A DNA stretch of 60,897 nucleotides, the filler included. It is 6 parts of 6 records of this genome, joined end to end, with 100 filler letters (N's around TTAATTAATTAA, not from the genome) between each part and the next. Parts side by side here need not be neighbours in the genome. Positions count along the whole stretch, not along the records: positions 29,021 to 44,031 come from SRR2962707_3932; positions 44,132 to 55,259 come from SRR2962707_3936; 4 more parts are not named here. The stretch is one strand, 5' to 3'. Below, one piece after another: positions 37,479 through 47,657 of the stretch. Positions within the stretch are counted from its first letter, which is position 1, and every line of letters begins with the position of its first letter. The notes under the pieces were generated by a model that saw nothing but the letters and a program-made list of their open reading frames with translations, did no database searches and was not told the DNA's origin. The position numbers and the translations under genes were made by a program.

Positions 37479-38648
37479 TTACCGCGACAACGCCACCGGA
37501 ACGATCCGGTTGTCGATGAACCGGGCCCAGACGTAGTCATCAGCGCTCAAGGCATCGTGCACTTCAGGGGAGAAAGGTTGCTGGTAGTTCTTGATCAGGC
37601 CTTGGTATTGCTTGATCTTGAAGAAACCTTCCCGGATCGCTTCCCCTTCGGTGGAACCGGCCTCATTGATGGCCAGAGCGGCCAGATGCAGGGCGTCGTA
37701 GGCATTGGCCACCCCCACCGCCGGAGTAATGTCTTCCGGGCCACTGATATCCGGATACTTCGCTTTCAGAGCGGCGATGACTTTTTCTCCCACTGGGGAT
37801 TGCTCGCCGAAGAAACTGTAGGTCTGGATGAAATGCACTTCCTCTGAACCCGGCCCCGCCAGTTCGGTGAAGCGGCCACCGGCGGGCCCCCAGTGAGACA
37901 CCACCGGCACTTCCCAGCCCATGCGGCGCAGGGATTTCACCACCTGAGCGGAAGGTCCGACGTTGCCGACCAGGCAGATGGTATCGACACCGGCGTCACG
38001 CAAACGGGTCAGCTGTGGCACCAGATCCACTTGATCGCCATCGAATTTCTCGCTGGCCGCCGGTTCCAGACCTTTATCCTTGAGCGCGGCCACCAGCCCT
38101 TTTTGATTGGACTCTCCCCAGGGATTGTTCACCATCATCAGGCCGAATTTCCGCGCGCCGAAATTTTTCTGCGCGTACTCCACCATGGCGATGTCAACGA
38201 TCTCGTCCATCGCCGAAACCCGGAACACAAAATTGGGATTCGCACCGTTTTTGGTGATAGGCGTACCCGCGGCCCAGGGTCCTACAAAGGGCATTTTGGC
38301 CTGGTTGACCAAGGGCACGATGGCCATGGATACCGGGGTGTCCAGGCCACCGAACAAGACCGCCACCTTCTCCTTATGAATCAGTTCACGCGCCGCCACC
38401 ACGCCTTTGGCGGGATTGGCCTCATCATCCCGGCGCACCAACATCAACGGTCGGCCATCGAGCACACCACCGGCGGCATTGATCTCATCAATCGCCACCT
38501 GCAAACCACGGGTGATCGATTCACCGGCCTGGGCGGACTGTCCGGACAAAGCGGTGATCAACCCGATCTTTACCGGCTCACTCGCCAAAGTACCACCGGC
38601 CATCAGGCACAGTACCAATGCGGCCCATTTCTTTACTGCACGAAGCAT
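37479..38648 (-). CDS. LivJ/K-like ABC substrate-binding protein
   Basis: Signal peptide; VKIGLITALSG, EINAAGGV, RDDEANP, ANAYDA; ATG at 38648. Confidence 0.92.
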   Translation of the reverse strand: MLRAVKKWAALVLCLMAGGTLASEPVKIGLITALSGQSAQAGESITRGLQVAIDEINAAGGVLDGRPLMLVRRDDEANPAKGVVAARELIHKEKVAVLFGGLDTPVSMAIVPLVNQAKMPFVGPWAAGTPITKNGANPNFVFRVSAMDEIVDIAMVEYAQKNFGARKFGLMMVNNPWGESNQKGLVAALKDKGLEPAASEKFDGDQVDLVPQLTRLRDAGVDTICLVGNVGPSAQVVKSLRRMGWEVPVVSHWGPAGGRFTELAGPGSEEVHFIQTYSFFGEQSPVGEKVIAALKAKYPDISGPEDITPAVGVANAYDALHLAALAINEAGSTEGEAIREGFFKIKQYQGLIKNYQQPFSPEVHDALSADDYVWARFIDNRIVPVALSR

Positions 38649-38699
38649 GGCTTCCCCCTTTTGCTGAGTTAGGGCTGTTCCGCCCGACACCGGTAACAA

Positions 38700-38715
38700 C
38701 GCAAAGGGCATGCCA
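38700..38715 (-). promoter_or_regulatory. Sigma54 (-24/-12) promoter for the ABC operon
   Basis: Minus strand TGGCAT-GCCCT-TTGCG (GG-N10-GC). Confidence 0.75.
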
Positions 38716-38735
38716 TTTTACTCGCCGCTCAGGTT

Positions 38736-38751
38736 GGGCATGCATATTGCT
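38736..38751 (+). promoter_or_regulatory. Sigma54 (-24/-12) promoter for the SnoaL-hydrolase-GntR operon
   Basis: GGGCAT-GCATA-TTGCT (GG-N10-GC). Confidence 0.65.
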
Positions 38752-38754
38752 TTA

Positions 38755-38794
38755 TTTTTTGTCGTCACCTAAGTCATTAATTGACGACAAAAAA
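38755..38794. promoter_or_regulatory. Candidate GntR operator (perfect 13-bp inverted repeat)
   Basis: TTTTTTGTCGTCA-N14-TGACGACAAAAAA overlapping the predicted + strand start site. Confidence 0.65.
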
Positions 38795-38905
38795 AAGAAA
38801 GAATGGCGACGATACATGAGGCCCGAAGCGGCCGACATCGTGTCATTCAAGCCGTCGAATTACCGCTGAACACAGGCCATGCCTGCGCAAAAAGAGGGAG
38901 AAAAT

Positions 38906-39349
38906 ATGACCGACGCACCAAACTGGGACAAAGAGATTCAGCATCTCGATCTTTCCGATCCTGCCGGGCTCGTGGACGCCTACCTGATTATCCTGATGAA
39001 ACCGGATCCGGACAGCGCCCGACGCTTCGTTTCCCCGGAACTGAGCATTCGCTTCACCGGCAACCGCCCGATGACCGATCCAATGGACACCACCGCCTTC
39101 AACAAAGGACGTTACGCCTGGGTAAAAAAACGCTTTGAAGCCACCGAGGTGATGAGCGGCGGTACGTTACAGTACGCGGTGGTTTACAACCGGGGCACGC
39201 TCTATGGGGAATGGCCGGATGGCACCCCGTTCGAAAATAATCGCTACGTGGACCGGTATGTGATTCGCGATGGGCTGATTACCGAGATGGATGTCTGGAA
39301 CGACAGCGCCGAATGGCTGCTGGTACGTGCCGGCCTGGCGGAACTTTAG
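38906..39349 (+). CDS. SnoaL/NTF2-like protein
   Basis: VVYNRGTLYGEWPDGTPFENNRYVDRY..RDGLITEMDVWNDSAE; ATG after GAGGGAG. Confidence 0.8.
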   Translation: MTDAPNWDKEIQHLDLSDPAGLVDAYLIILMKPDPDSARRFVSPELSIRFTGNRPMTDPMDTTAFNKGRYAWVKKRFEATEVMSGGTLQYAVVYNRGTLYGEWPDGTPFENNRYVDRYVIRDGLITEMDVWNDSAEWLLVRAGLAEL

Positions 39350-39363
39350 AACGGGACACCACC

Positions 39364-40287
39364 ATGGATTCTGTCTTCGCTCCGCTGTCCCACCATGGTC
39401 GCTTTCCTTATTCGGCCATCACCCAACGCTGTGATTTCCACTGGCCCGCAGGAAAACGGCTGGCCGTGTACATCGGGTTCAATGTCGAGCATTTCGCTTT
39501 CGGAGAAGGGCTCGGCGCCAAACTCGGGGCAGCTTTCAACGAGCCGGACGTGCTCAACTACTCCTGGCGCGAGTACGGCAACCGGGTGGGTGCCTGGCGC
39601 TGCCTGGAACTGTTCGATCAGTTGGAAATGCCCACCGGCCTGATCGCCAACACTGCCCTGTACGATCATTGCCCCGAGCTGCTGCAGGCTTTCCAGCGTC
39701 GGGGCGATGAGGTCATCGCCCACGGCCACAGTAACGCCTATCACCAAGGCACCTTGAATGAACAGCAGGAAGCGGCACTGTTGTTGCATTGCCGGCGGCG
39801 CATCGGGAAAGAATCCGGCCAGCTCCCCACGGGCTGGCTGTCGCCGTGGATCGGGGAGTCGCATCTAACGCCGGATCTGTTGAGGGAAACCGGGTACCGC
39901 TACACCCTGAATTGGAGTCACGATGATCAGCCCGTGGCGATGCGCACCCGTAACGGCCGGCGCCTTTGGGCGGTGCCGTATCCGCAAGAGGTCAATGACA
40001 TTCCAATGATCATCGCCCGCAAACTGGACGGCAGCGCGTTCGCTCAAATGATCATCGACCAGTTCGACGAGATGCTTCGGCAGTCCGACCATCAACCACT
40101 GGTAATGGGTATCGCACTGCACCCTTATTTGGTCGGGCAGCCCTACCGACTGCGCCATCTGCGCCGGGCCCTGGAACATATACAGTGCCATCGCGAGGCG
40201 ATCTGGATGACCACGCCGGGGCGAATCTGCGATCATATGGACACGATCATGCCCCCGGACCAGGAAAGGGATCAGGAAAGGGAATGA
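39364..40287 (+). CDS. Polysaccharide-deacetylase-fold (CE4) PuuE-like hydrolase
   Basis: NVEHF, SWREYGNRVGAWR, AHGH, GWLSPW, DDQP, PYPQEVND, IALHPYLVGQP. Confidence 0.88.
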   Translation: MDSVFAPLSHHGRFPYSAITQRCDFHWPAGKRLAVYIGFNVEHFAFGEGLGAKLGAAFNEPDVLNYSWREYGNRVGAWRCLELFDQLEMPTGLIANTALYDHCPELLQAFQRRGDEVIAHGHSNAYHQGTLNEQQEAALLLHCRRRIGKESGQLPTGWLSPWIGESHLTPDLLRETGYRYTLNWSHDDQPVAMRTRNGRRLWAVPYPQEVNDIPMIIARKLDGSAFAQMIIDQFDEMLRQSDHQPLVMGIALHPYLVGQPYRLRHLRRALEHIQCHREAIWMTTPGRICDHMDTIMPPDQERDQERE

Positions 40288-41051
40288 GTTCGACCTCCAC
40301 CAAATCAAACGGCCGCGGGCGTCCCAAGGTACGGCCGCCGGTACTCGGTGACCGCAAGCCAACGGCTCGGGCCTCCGCGGCGGAAAAGGAACAGGACATC
40401 TACGACGCCATCGTCGCCAGTGTCATGGGGCAAAGATTGAAACCCGGCACCAAGCTGCCGGAACTGGCACTGTGCGAACTATTCGGAGTCGGCCGGTCAC
40501 TGGTGCAGAAGGTACTGCAAAGGCTGGCCCACGACCACGTGGTACAGCTTCGCCCCAATCGTGGCGCCATTGTTGCCATGCCGTCACCGGAAGAAGTAGG
40601 CCAGTTGTTCGAGGCCCGCCGTGCCCTGGAAGCCTCGGTGCTACCATTAGTGGCTGAGCGCGCGACCCGTACCGACTATGCCTCTCTGCGGCGGCAACTG
40701 CGTGAAGAGCACAAGGCCATGCATCGTTACGCACAGACCCAATGGGCGGGTCTTGCCAGTGCCTTCCATCTACGCCTGGGGGAACTGTCCGGCAACCCGA
40801 TCCTCTATCGCTATCTCTCGGAGATCATTTCCCGCTGTTCGCTGGTGGTGGCGTTATTTCAGCCTCCGGGCAACGCCACCTGCGAGCATGAGGAGCATGT
40901 GCGGGTAGTGGATTACCTGGAACAGGGCAATGTCCGCGCCGCACAAAGGGAAATGAAGCGACATCTCATCGATCTGGAACACCATATTCGTCTGGTGGAA
41001 GAAAGCACGGATCAGAGTCTGGCGGACATACTCGGCCTGGCCACGGAGTAA
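40284..41051 (+). CDS. GntR-family regulator (FCD domain)
   Basis: LKPGTKLPELALCELFGVGRS, PNRGAIVA, FHLRL, EH..VV. Confidence 0.92.
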   Translation: MSSTSTKSNGRGRPKVRPPVLGDRKPTARASAAEKEQDIYDAIVASVMGQRLKPGTKLPELALCELFGVGRSLVQKVLQRLAHDHVVQLRPNRGAIVAMPSPEEVGQLFEARRALEASVLPLVAERATRTDYASLRRQLREEHKAMHRYAQTQWAGLASAFHLRLGELSGNPILYRYLSEIISRCSLVVALFQPPGNATCEHEEHVRVVDYLEQGNVRAAQREMKRHLIDLEHHIRLVEESTDQSLADILGLATE

Positions 41052-41067
41052 TCCTCCTTCACATACC

Positions 41068-41096
41068 TTGTCGCTACGCCGGGAGCTTTCTACACT
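41068..41096 (+). promoter_or_regulatory. Candidate sigma70 promoter for gmhB-plsC
   Basis: TTGTCG-N17-TACACT ending 25 bp before the gmhB ATG. Confidence 0.55.
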
Positions 41097-41121
41097 GGGG
41101 CCCTTTTATGGGTAGGCCTCA

Positions 41122-41673
41122 ATGACCAACAAGTTAATCATTCTCGACCGGGACGGCGTTATCAATGAAGATTCCGACGCCTACATCAAAGCTCCCGGAG
41201 AGTGGATTCCGATCGCCGGCAGTGCCGAGGCCATTGCTCGTCTGAATCGCGCCGGCTATCGCGTGGTGGTCGCCACCAACCAATCCGGGGTAGCGCGAGG
41301 CTATTACGATTTGATCACCCTGGAGGCCATTCATCAGCGCATGACGGCCTATCTGGCCGGCCTCGGCGCCCATTTGGACGGCATCTACTTTTGTCCCCAT
41401 GGTCCCAATGACGGCTGCGATTGCCGCAAGCCGCTTCCCGGCCTGATCGACCAAATTGTTGCCGATTATGGCGATGTCACCTCGGTGCCTCTGGTCGGTG
41501 ATAGCCTTAGGGACCTGCAGGCCGGAGTGACCCGTGGCTGCCAACCGGTACTGGTGCTCACCGGCAAGGGGCGCAGCACCCAGACAAAAGGCCTGCCTCC
41601 AGAGCTGGGCAAAGTGGAGGTTTACGACTCACTGGCCCACTTCGTCGACCATTTTCTCAAGGACACCGAATGA
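41122..41673 (+). CDS. gmhB: D-glycero-D-manno-heptose 1,7-bisphosphate phosphatase
   Basis: LDRDGVIN, ATNQSG, CPHGPNDGCDCRKP, VGDSLRD. Confidence 0.95.
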   Translation: MTNKLIILDRDGVINEDSDAYIKAPGEWIPIAGSAEAIARLNRAGYRVVVATNQSGVARGYYDLITLEAIHQRMTAYLAGLGAHLDGIYFCPHGPNDGCDCRKPLPGLIDQIVADYGDVTSVPLVGDSLRDLQAGVTRGCQPVLVLTGKGRSTQTKGLPPELGKVEVYDSLAHFVDHFLKDTE

Positions 41674-42431
41674 GCGGATTTCCGCGTAATGCCCGGGTAA
41701 CCTGGAATATCCGGGTACGCAGCTTGTTGTTTTTCCTGCTCTATAACCTCGCCGGTATTATTCACAGCGTTATCTGTGTATTGATCGGCCCGTTCCTGTC
41801 TTTCAAGAAAAGGCATGTCCTGGTTAACCTCTGGACCCGATTCGCCATGTGGCTGCTGCAGTGGCTCAACGGCGTACGCTTCAAGGTTGAGGGACGGGAG
41901 CATCTGCAAGGCCAGGCAGCGGTAATTATCAGCAACCACCAGAGCAGCTGGGAAACGTTTTACCTGCAACTGTTGGTGGGGCCCCAGGCCACGGTATTGA
42001 AAAGAGAGCTGCTGTGGCTTCCCTTTTTTGGCTGGGCTTTGGCATTGCTAAAACCCATCAAAATAGATCGGGGAAAGGGCAGGGCGGCTCTGAAGGCGGT
42101 CGTGCAACAAGGAGAAGACCGTCTGCGCTCCAACATACCGGTGGTTATTTATCCCGAGGGGTCACGGCAGCCACCGGGACGGATCGGACATTTCAATAGT
42201 GGCGGCGCTCTTTTGGCCAGCCGCTCAGGTTTTCCGGTGATCGCGATCAGCCATAATAGCGGTGATTGCTGGCCGGCCCGCTCCTGGCTGCGTTTACCCG
42301 GCACTATTACTCTGCGAGTGAGTCCGCCAATGGATACTCGCAATAAAGACGCTAAAACCGTTACCCGGGAGGTAAAACACTGGATTGTGACGAATTACCC
42401 GGGAGAATTGGACAAAATGGATAACGATTAA
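41670..42431 (+). CDS. plsC: 1-acyl-sn-glycerol-3-phosphate acyltransferase
   Basis: SNHQSSWET, LKRELL..PFFGW, IDR, YPEGSR. Confidence 0.9.
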   Translation: MSGFPRNARVTWNIRVRSLLFFLLYNLAGIIHSVICVLIGPFLSFKKRHVLVNLWTRFAMWLLQWLNGVRFKVEGREHLQGQAAVIISNHQSSWETFYLQLLVGPQATVLKRELLWLPFFGWALALLKPIKIDRGKGRAALKAVVQQGEDRLRSNIPVVIYPEGSRQPPGRIGHFNSGGALLASRSGFPVIAISHNSGDCWPARSWLRLPGTITLRVSPPMDTRNKDAKTVTREVKHWIVTNYPGELDKMDND

Positions 42432-42498
42432 TTGCGTTTCAATTGTAGAGTATTTAAAGTCCTGGCTGAGCTGATTTAACCAAGAAGGAACGCCAAGA

Positions 42499-42864
42499 AT
42501 GACTATTAATATCGACGACCTTTCCGTCGCTGAATTGGAAAAGCTGATCAAGCAGGCGGAAAGAAAACTGGAAAAGAAACGCCGGGAAGCGGTGAAAAAC
42601 GCTCAGGCGGAAATCGAGAAGATCGCCAAGGATCTCGGCGTTTCCGTTGAAGATCTTCTCGACGAGAAAACCACTGGTCGCAAGAAGGCCGCTCGCAAGA
42701 CGACCACCCGCAAGAAAACCAAGGCGGCCGTTCGTAAGCCAGCCAAGATCAAATACCGTAACCCGGCGGACAGCTCTCAGACCTGGACTGGCCGCGGCAA
42801 GCGGCCTGTATGGCTACGAGAGGCGTTGGAAAAAGGCGGCAAGCTGGAAGACTACGAAGTCTGA
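42499..42864 (+). CDS. H-NS family nucleoid-associated protein
   Basis: N-terminal coiled coil; KYRNP...TWTGRGKRPVW; Lys-rich linker. Confidence 0.92.
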   Translation: MTINIDDLSVAELEKLIKQAERKLEKKRREAVKNAQAEIEKIAKDLGVSVEDLLDEKTTGRKKAARKTTTRKKTKAAVRKPAKIKYRNPADSSQTWTGRGKRPVWLREALEKGGKLEDYEV

Positions 42865-42895
42865 TTTATCACCAGCAGGCACCTTCTGACACGGC

Positions 42896-42920
42896 AAGGG
42901 CTCCCATTGGGAGCCCTTTT
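42896..42920 (+). terminator. Rho-independent terminator between H-NS and gyrB
   Basis: AAGGGCTCCC-ATT-GGGAGCCCTTTT. Confidence 0.85.
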
Positions 42921-42959
42921 CGTTGCTGTACACGAACGAGGGGGCATCAGCCCCGCTGA

Positions 42960-44030
42960 TCAGATATCCAGGTTGGATACGTACAAAGCGTTGGACTCGA
43001 TGAATTGACGCCGGGGGTCCACATCATCGCCCATCAGGGTAGTAAAGATCTGATCCGCCGCGATGGCATCTTCCACGGTTACCTGCAGCATGCGACGGGA
43101 TTCCGGGTCCATGGTGGTTTCCCACAATTGATCAGCGTTCATTTCACCCAGACCTTTATAGCGCTGTACGTTAATACCGCGGCGGGCCTGTTGCATCAGC
43201 CATAGCATGGCCTCGGCGAAATCCCGGATCGGACGGCTCGCCTCGCCCCTGACCACCTTGGCATCATCGGCCAGCAAGCCCTCCAGTGTTTCCCCCAGCC
43301 TCGCGATGCTTTGATAGTCCGGCGACTCCAGAAAATCCAGAGTGACTTGATATTCGCGGACTATGCCGTGAGCGAGTACTCGCACACGTGGCAAAAACAA
43401 GCCCCGCTCCATGTCTTTCTCGGCGCTGATAGTGAACTTCTGGATGTTATTTCCGAGATTGGCCAGGCGCTCCTGCAATTTAGCGCACCAGTCCACCATG
43501 AAAGCCTCATCTTCCAGCTTGCCCTCATCGATGCTGGGCAGATAAATCATCTCCTCCAGCACCTGAGCCGGGAATACCCGTGATTGACGCTCGACGAGCT
43601 TCATGACTTTCCGGTATTCGCCAATCAGGTTGGACAGAGGCTCCCCACTGATCGGCGGTGCCTCGTTACCGGGGTAGAGCGCGGCCTTATCCAGAGCCAG
43701 AGTAGTCAGATACTCATCCAGGGCGGGGTCGTCCTTGATATAGGTTTCTTGCTTACCCTTTTTCACCTTATACAGAGGAGGCTGAGCAATATAAATGTGG
43801 CCGCGGACAATCAGTTCCGGCATTTGACGGAAGAAGAACGTCAAAAGCAGGGTACGGATGTGAGAACCGTCCACGTCCGCATCCGTCATGATGATAATGC
43901 GATGATAGCGAAGTTTATCCGCATCATACTCATCCCGGCCGATACCACAGCCCAATGCCGTAATCAGCGTCGCCACCTCCTGGGAGGAGAGCATCTTATC
44001 AAAGCGGGCCTTCTCCACGTTCAGGATCTT
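42960..44030 (-). CDS. gyrB: DNA gyrase subunit B, C-terminal part
   Basis: KILNVEKARFDKML, MTDADVDGSHIRTLLLTFF, QRYKGLGEMN, LMGDDV. Confidence 0.98.
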   Translation of the reverse strand, partial: KILNVEKARFDKMLSSQEVATLITALGCGIGRDEYDADKLRYHRIIIMTDADVDGSHIRTLLLTFFFRQMPELIVRGHIYIAQPPLYKVKKGKQETYIKDDPALDEYLTTLALDKAALYPGNEAPPISGEPLSNLIGEYRKVMKLVERQSRVFPAQVLEEMIYLPSIDEGKLEDEAFMVDWCAKLQERLANLGNNIQKFTISAEKDMERGLFLPRVRVLAHGIVREYQVTLDFLESPDYQSIARLGETLEGLLADDAKVVRGEASRPIRDFAEAMLWLMQQARRGINVQRYKGLGEMNADQLWETTMDPESRRMLQVTVEDAIAADQIFTTLMGDDVDPRRQFIESNALYVSNLDI

Positions 44031-44031
44031 A

Positions 44032-44131
44032 NNNNNNNNNNNNNNNNNNNNNNNNNNNNNNNNNNNNNNNNNNNNTTAATTAATTAANNNNNNNNNNNNN
44101 NNNNNNNNNNNNNNNNNNNNNNNNNNNNNNN
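44032..44131. other. Artificial contig spacer
   Basis: N-run with TTAATTAATTAA. Confidence 0.99.
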
Positions 44132-44206
44132 TTTGTTCTTTTTTCTTACAGCGAAGCGGTCATGTATTTTTAATCGGACATTAATAAAAACATATCTAAG
44201 AACAAT

Positions 44207-44240
44207 AAAAAAGGTTGCTTCTTTACAAGAAACAACCTTT
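44207..44240 (-). terminator. Rho-independent terminator after the kinase gene
   Basis: AAAGGTTG-CTTCTT-TAC-AAGAAA-CAACCTTT stem-loop with an A run on the left. Confidence 0.7.
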
Positions 44241-44265
44241 AATTTATAGTTGGTTTTTATTCTTT

Positions 44266-45123
44266 TTAATCGAATAAAACAGATTTATGATAATCTACCA
44301 ATCCATCAATCGGCCTCCTTAAAACCTTTCCGATAGACAATCCATTTTCAGAGAGTGTCTGCTTTAATTCGTCTTGTAAATAATAAGCAATACTTCCTAT
44401 AAAATGAATTGGAACTTCTTTTGCTTGCTCAAATTGAGTAATTGAATTACTAATAAACAATTGCATTCCTTTTTTAATTAAAGACTGACAATATTCTTCA
44501 TCTTTATTTTGGATTACAAAGCGAGCAAATGTTGCTAAATAAGTATTTGGATTTGGCTGTTTATACAAATGATTTTTAACACTATCCTCTTCAAGATCGT
44601 ATTCACTTGCAAATTTAACAGCTAATTTCTCAGGAATTTTATGATAGTAATAATCTCTTATTAATTGTCTTCCGAAGTAATTACCACTACAATCGTCCAT
44701 TAAAATATAACCTAATGAAGTTACCTTCTGAAAAAGCTCTTTTCCATCCCAATAACTACAATTAGAGCCTGTACCCAAAATACAAACGATAGCGTGTTGA
44801 TCTGGCTCCACAGTAGCGTAGATAGCTGCATATGTATCTTCCTTTACTGAAGTTTTTGCATTAGGAAAGTAATCTGCGAAGATTCCTTTTAAAAATTTTC
44901 GCATTCTCTCAGTTCCACAACCAGCCCCATAAAAATAGAGTTGAGTTACTTCTTTTCGATGTTTGTATAGTTCAAAGTTATTAGCCAAACGTTCATTAAT
45001 AATTTCGCTTGTTAAAACTTCTGGACTTAAGCCCAATGTTTTAGTTACAAATAACTTGTTACCATCTTCATCTAATGCGATCCAATCAGATTTTGTTGCA
45101 CCACTATCTACAATTAAAATCAT
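44266..45123 (-). CDS. BadF/BadG-type ATPase, N-acetylglucosamine kinase-like
   Basis: DSGATKSDW, FYGAGC, CILGTGSN, LGYILMDDCSG, FIGSIA. Confidence 0.88.
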   Translation of the reverse strand: MILIVDSGATKSDWIALDEDGNKLFVTKTLGLSPEVLTSEIINERLANNFELYKHRKEVTQLYFYGAGCGTERMRKFLKGIFADYFPNAKTSVKEDTYAAIYATVEPDQHAIVCILGTGSNCSYWDGKELFQKVTSLGYILMDDCSGNYFGRQLIRDYYYHKIPEKLAVKFASEYDLEEDSVKNHLYKQPNPNTYLATFARFVIQNKDEEYCQSLIKKGMQLFISNSITQFEQAKEVPIHFIGSIAYYLQDELKQTLSENGLSIGKVLRRPIDGLVDYHKSVLFD

Positions 45124-45320
45124 ACTTTAAGTTTAAGTTAATAGTTTTCTGAAAACTATTAAGTCTGCTTGGAGTTACCCAGAATTCAACAGAAGAAAGC
45201 CTTAAATTAATAAGGCTTAAACCTGTCAAATAGTTAGCTTTTGAGTTAGTTTAGTAAGCGTAAGCAGATCTTAATAAAAATTATAATCTTTTCAGATTAC
45301 TTTTTAGATCCTATTTTAAA

Positions 45321-46328
<1,008 letters not shown>

Positions 46329-46393
46329 CTAAATTTTTAAATTATTAATTATCATTTTGTCACAATGTGACATTTACTATTTTGGTTTGTTAT

Positions 46394-47380
46394 TTATGTT
46401 GACATGATTTCACAAACTCTCATGAGCTCGGAATCAATAGTTGTTTTTCCTTTAATAGCTTGCTCAATTGGAGTAAGAACTATTTCATCTTTAATAATTC
46501 CAACCATTAGATTAGATTTACCTTCCATAAGCGATTCTACTGCACGAACTCCCATTCTACTAGCTAACACTCTGTCAAAACATGAAGGAGATCCTCCACG
46601 CTGCATATGCCCTAATACAGACACTCTAATATCGTAGTTCGGTAGGTTTTCTTCTACATATTCTGCAAGTTCGAAAACATTTTTACCAGACTTATCTCCT
46701 TCAGCAACTACAACGATACTTGATGTTTTTCCACTTTTTCTACTTCTTTCTAGAGAGTGTAATAAACGATCCAATCCTAAGTTAGCTTCAGGAATAAGAA
46801 TTTCCTCTGCTCCTGCTCCAACTCCAGAATTTAAAGCTAATTGCCCGCAATCTCTCCCCATTACTTCAATAAAAAATAAACGGTCGTGAGAACTTGCTGT
46901 ATCTCTAATTCTATCAATAGCATCTACCACAGTATTTAAAGCAGTATCATAACCTAAAGTAAAAGTGGTTCCGTCAATATCGTTATCTATAGTACCAGGA
47001 ATTCCAATTACAGGGTATCCATATTCTTCATTAAAAATCATCCCTCCTGTAAAAGTACCATCTCCACCAATTAATACCAATGCATCTATTTGGTTATCTA
47101 ATAATTGTTGGTGTGCTTTTGCTCTTCCTTCTTTTGTTCTAAACTCTTTAGATCTAGCCGATTTTAGAATTGTCCCTCCTCGGTTAATAATATTTCTTAC
47201 ACTTCTAGCATCTAATACTTCTAAATCTCCTTCAATAAGTCCTTGATATCCTCTATAGATACCAACACACTCTATATTATGATATGCACAAGTCCTAACA
47301 ACCGAACGAAGTGCAGCATTCATTCCTGGAGCATCTCCTCCAGAGGTTAAAACTCCTATTTTTTTAATACTCGTAGACAT
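46394..47380 (-). CDS. pfkA: ATP-dependent 6-phosphofructokinase
   Basis: TSGGDAPGMNA, IGGDGT, PGTIDND, EVMGR, LGHMQRGG. Confidence 0.98.
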   Translation of the reverse strand: MSTSIKKIGVLTSGGDAPGMNAALRSVVRTCAYHNIECVGIYRGYQGLIEGDLEVLDARSVRNIINRGGTILKSARSKEFRTKEGRAKAHQQLLDNQIDALVLIGGDGTFTGGMIFNEEYGYPVIGIPGTIDNDIDGTTFTLGYDTALNTVVDAIDRIRDTASSHDRLFFIEVMGRDCGQLALNSGVGAGAEEILIPEANLGLDRLLHSLERSRKSGKTSSIVVVAEGDKSGKNVFELAEYVEENLPNYDIRVSVLGHMQRGGSPSCFDRVLASRMGVRAVESLMEGKSNLMVGIIKDEIVLTPIEQAIKGKTTIDSELMRVCEIMST

Positions 47381-47657
47381 TAATTTTAATATTTGGATCG
47401 TAAAACTACCAAAGAAATTTCAATTTTCTCATATTGTTTTGATTAAAAATACAATATTGAAAGTTTCAATCGTTTTCGTTGATAAATTCTTAACAAATGC
47501 GTTATTTTTTTTTATATGCTGATTTCCGATTTGATTAAAAAAGTACCTTTTAGAAAGGTAAAATGTTAAATTTTGGGACTATTAATAAGAAAGTAGAAAT
47601 TTATAAAAATCAAATCTTACAAATTAAGGAAATCGCATTTTACATTTTAGACGAAAA

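Noticed and set aside
40259-40283. 12-bp tandem duplication (DQERDQERE) at the hydrolase 3' end
   Set aside because: Only two copies; most simply a local slippage duplication.
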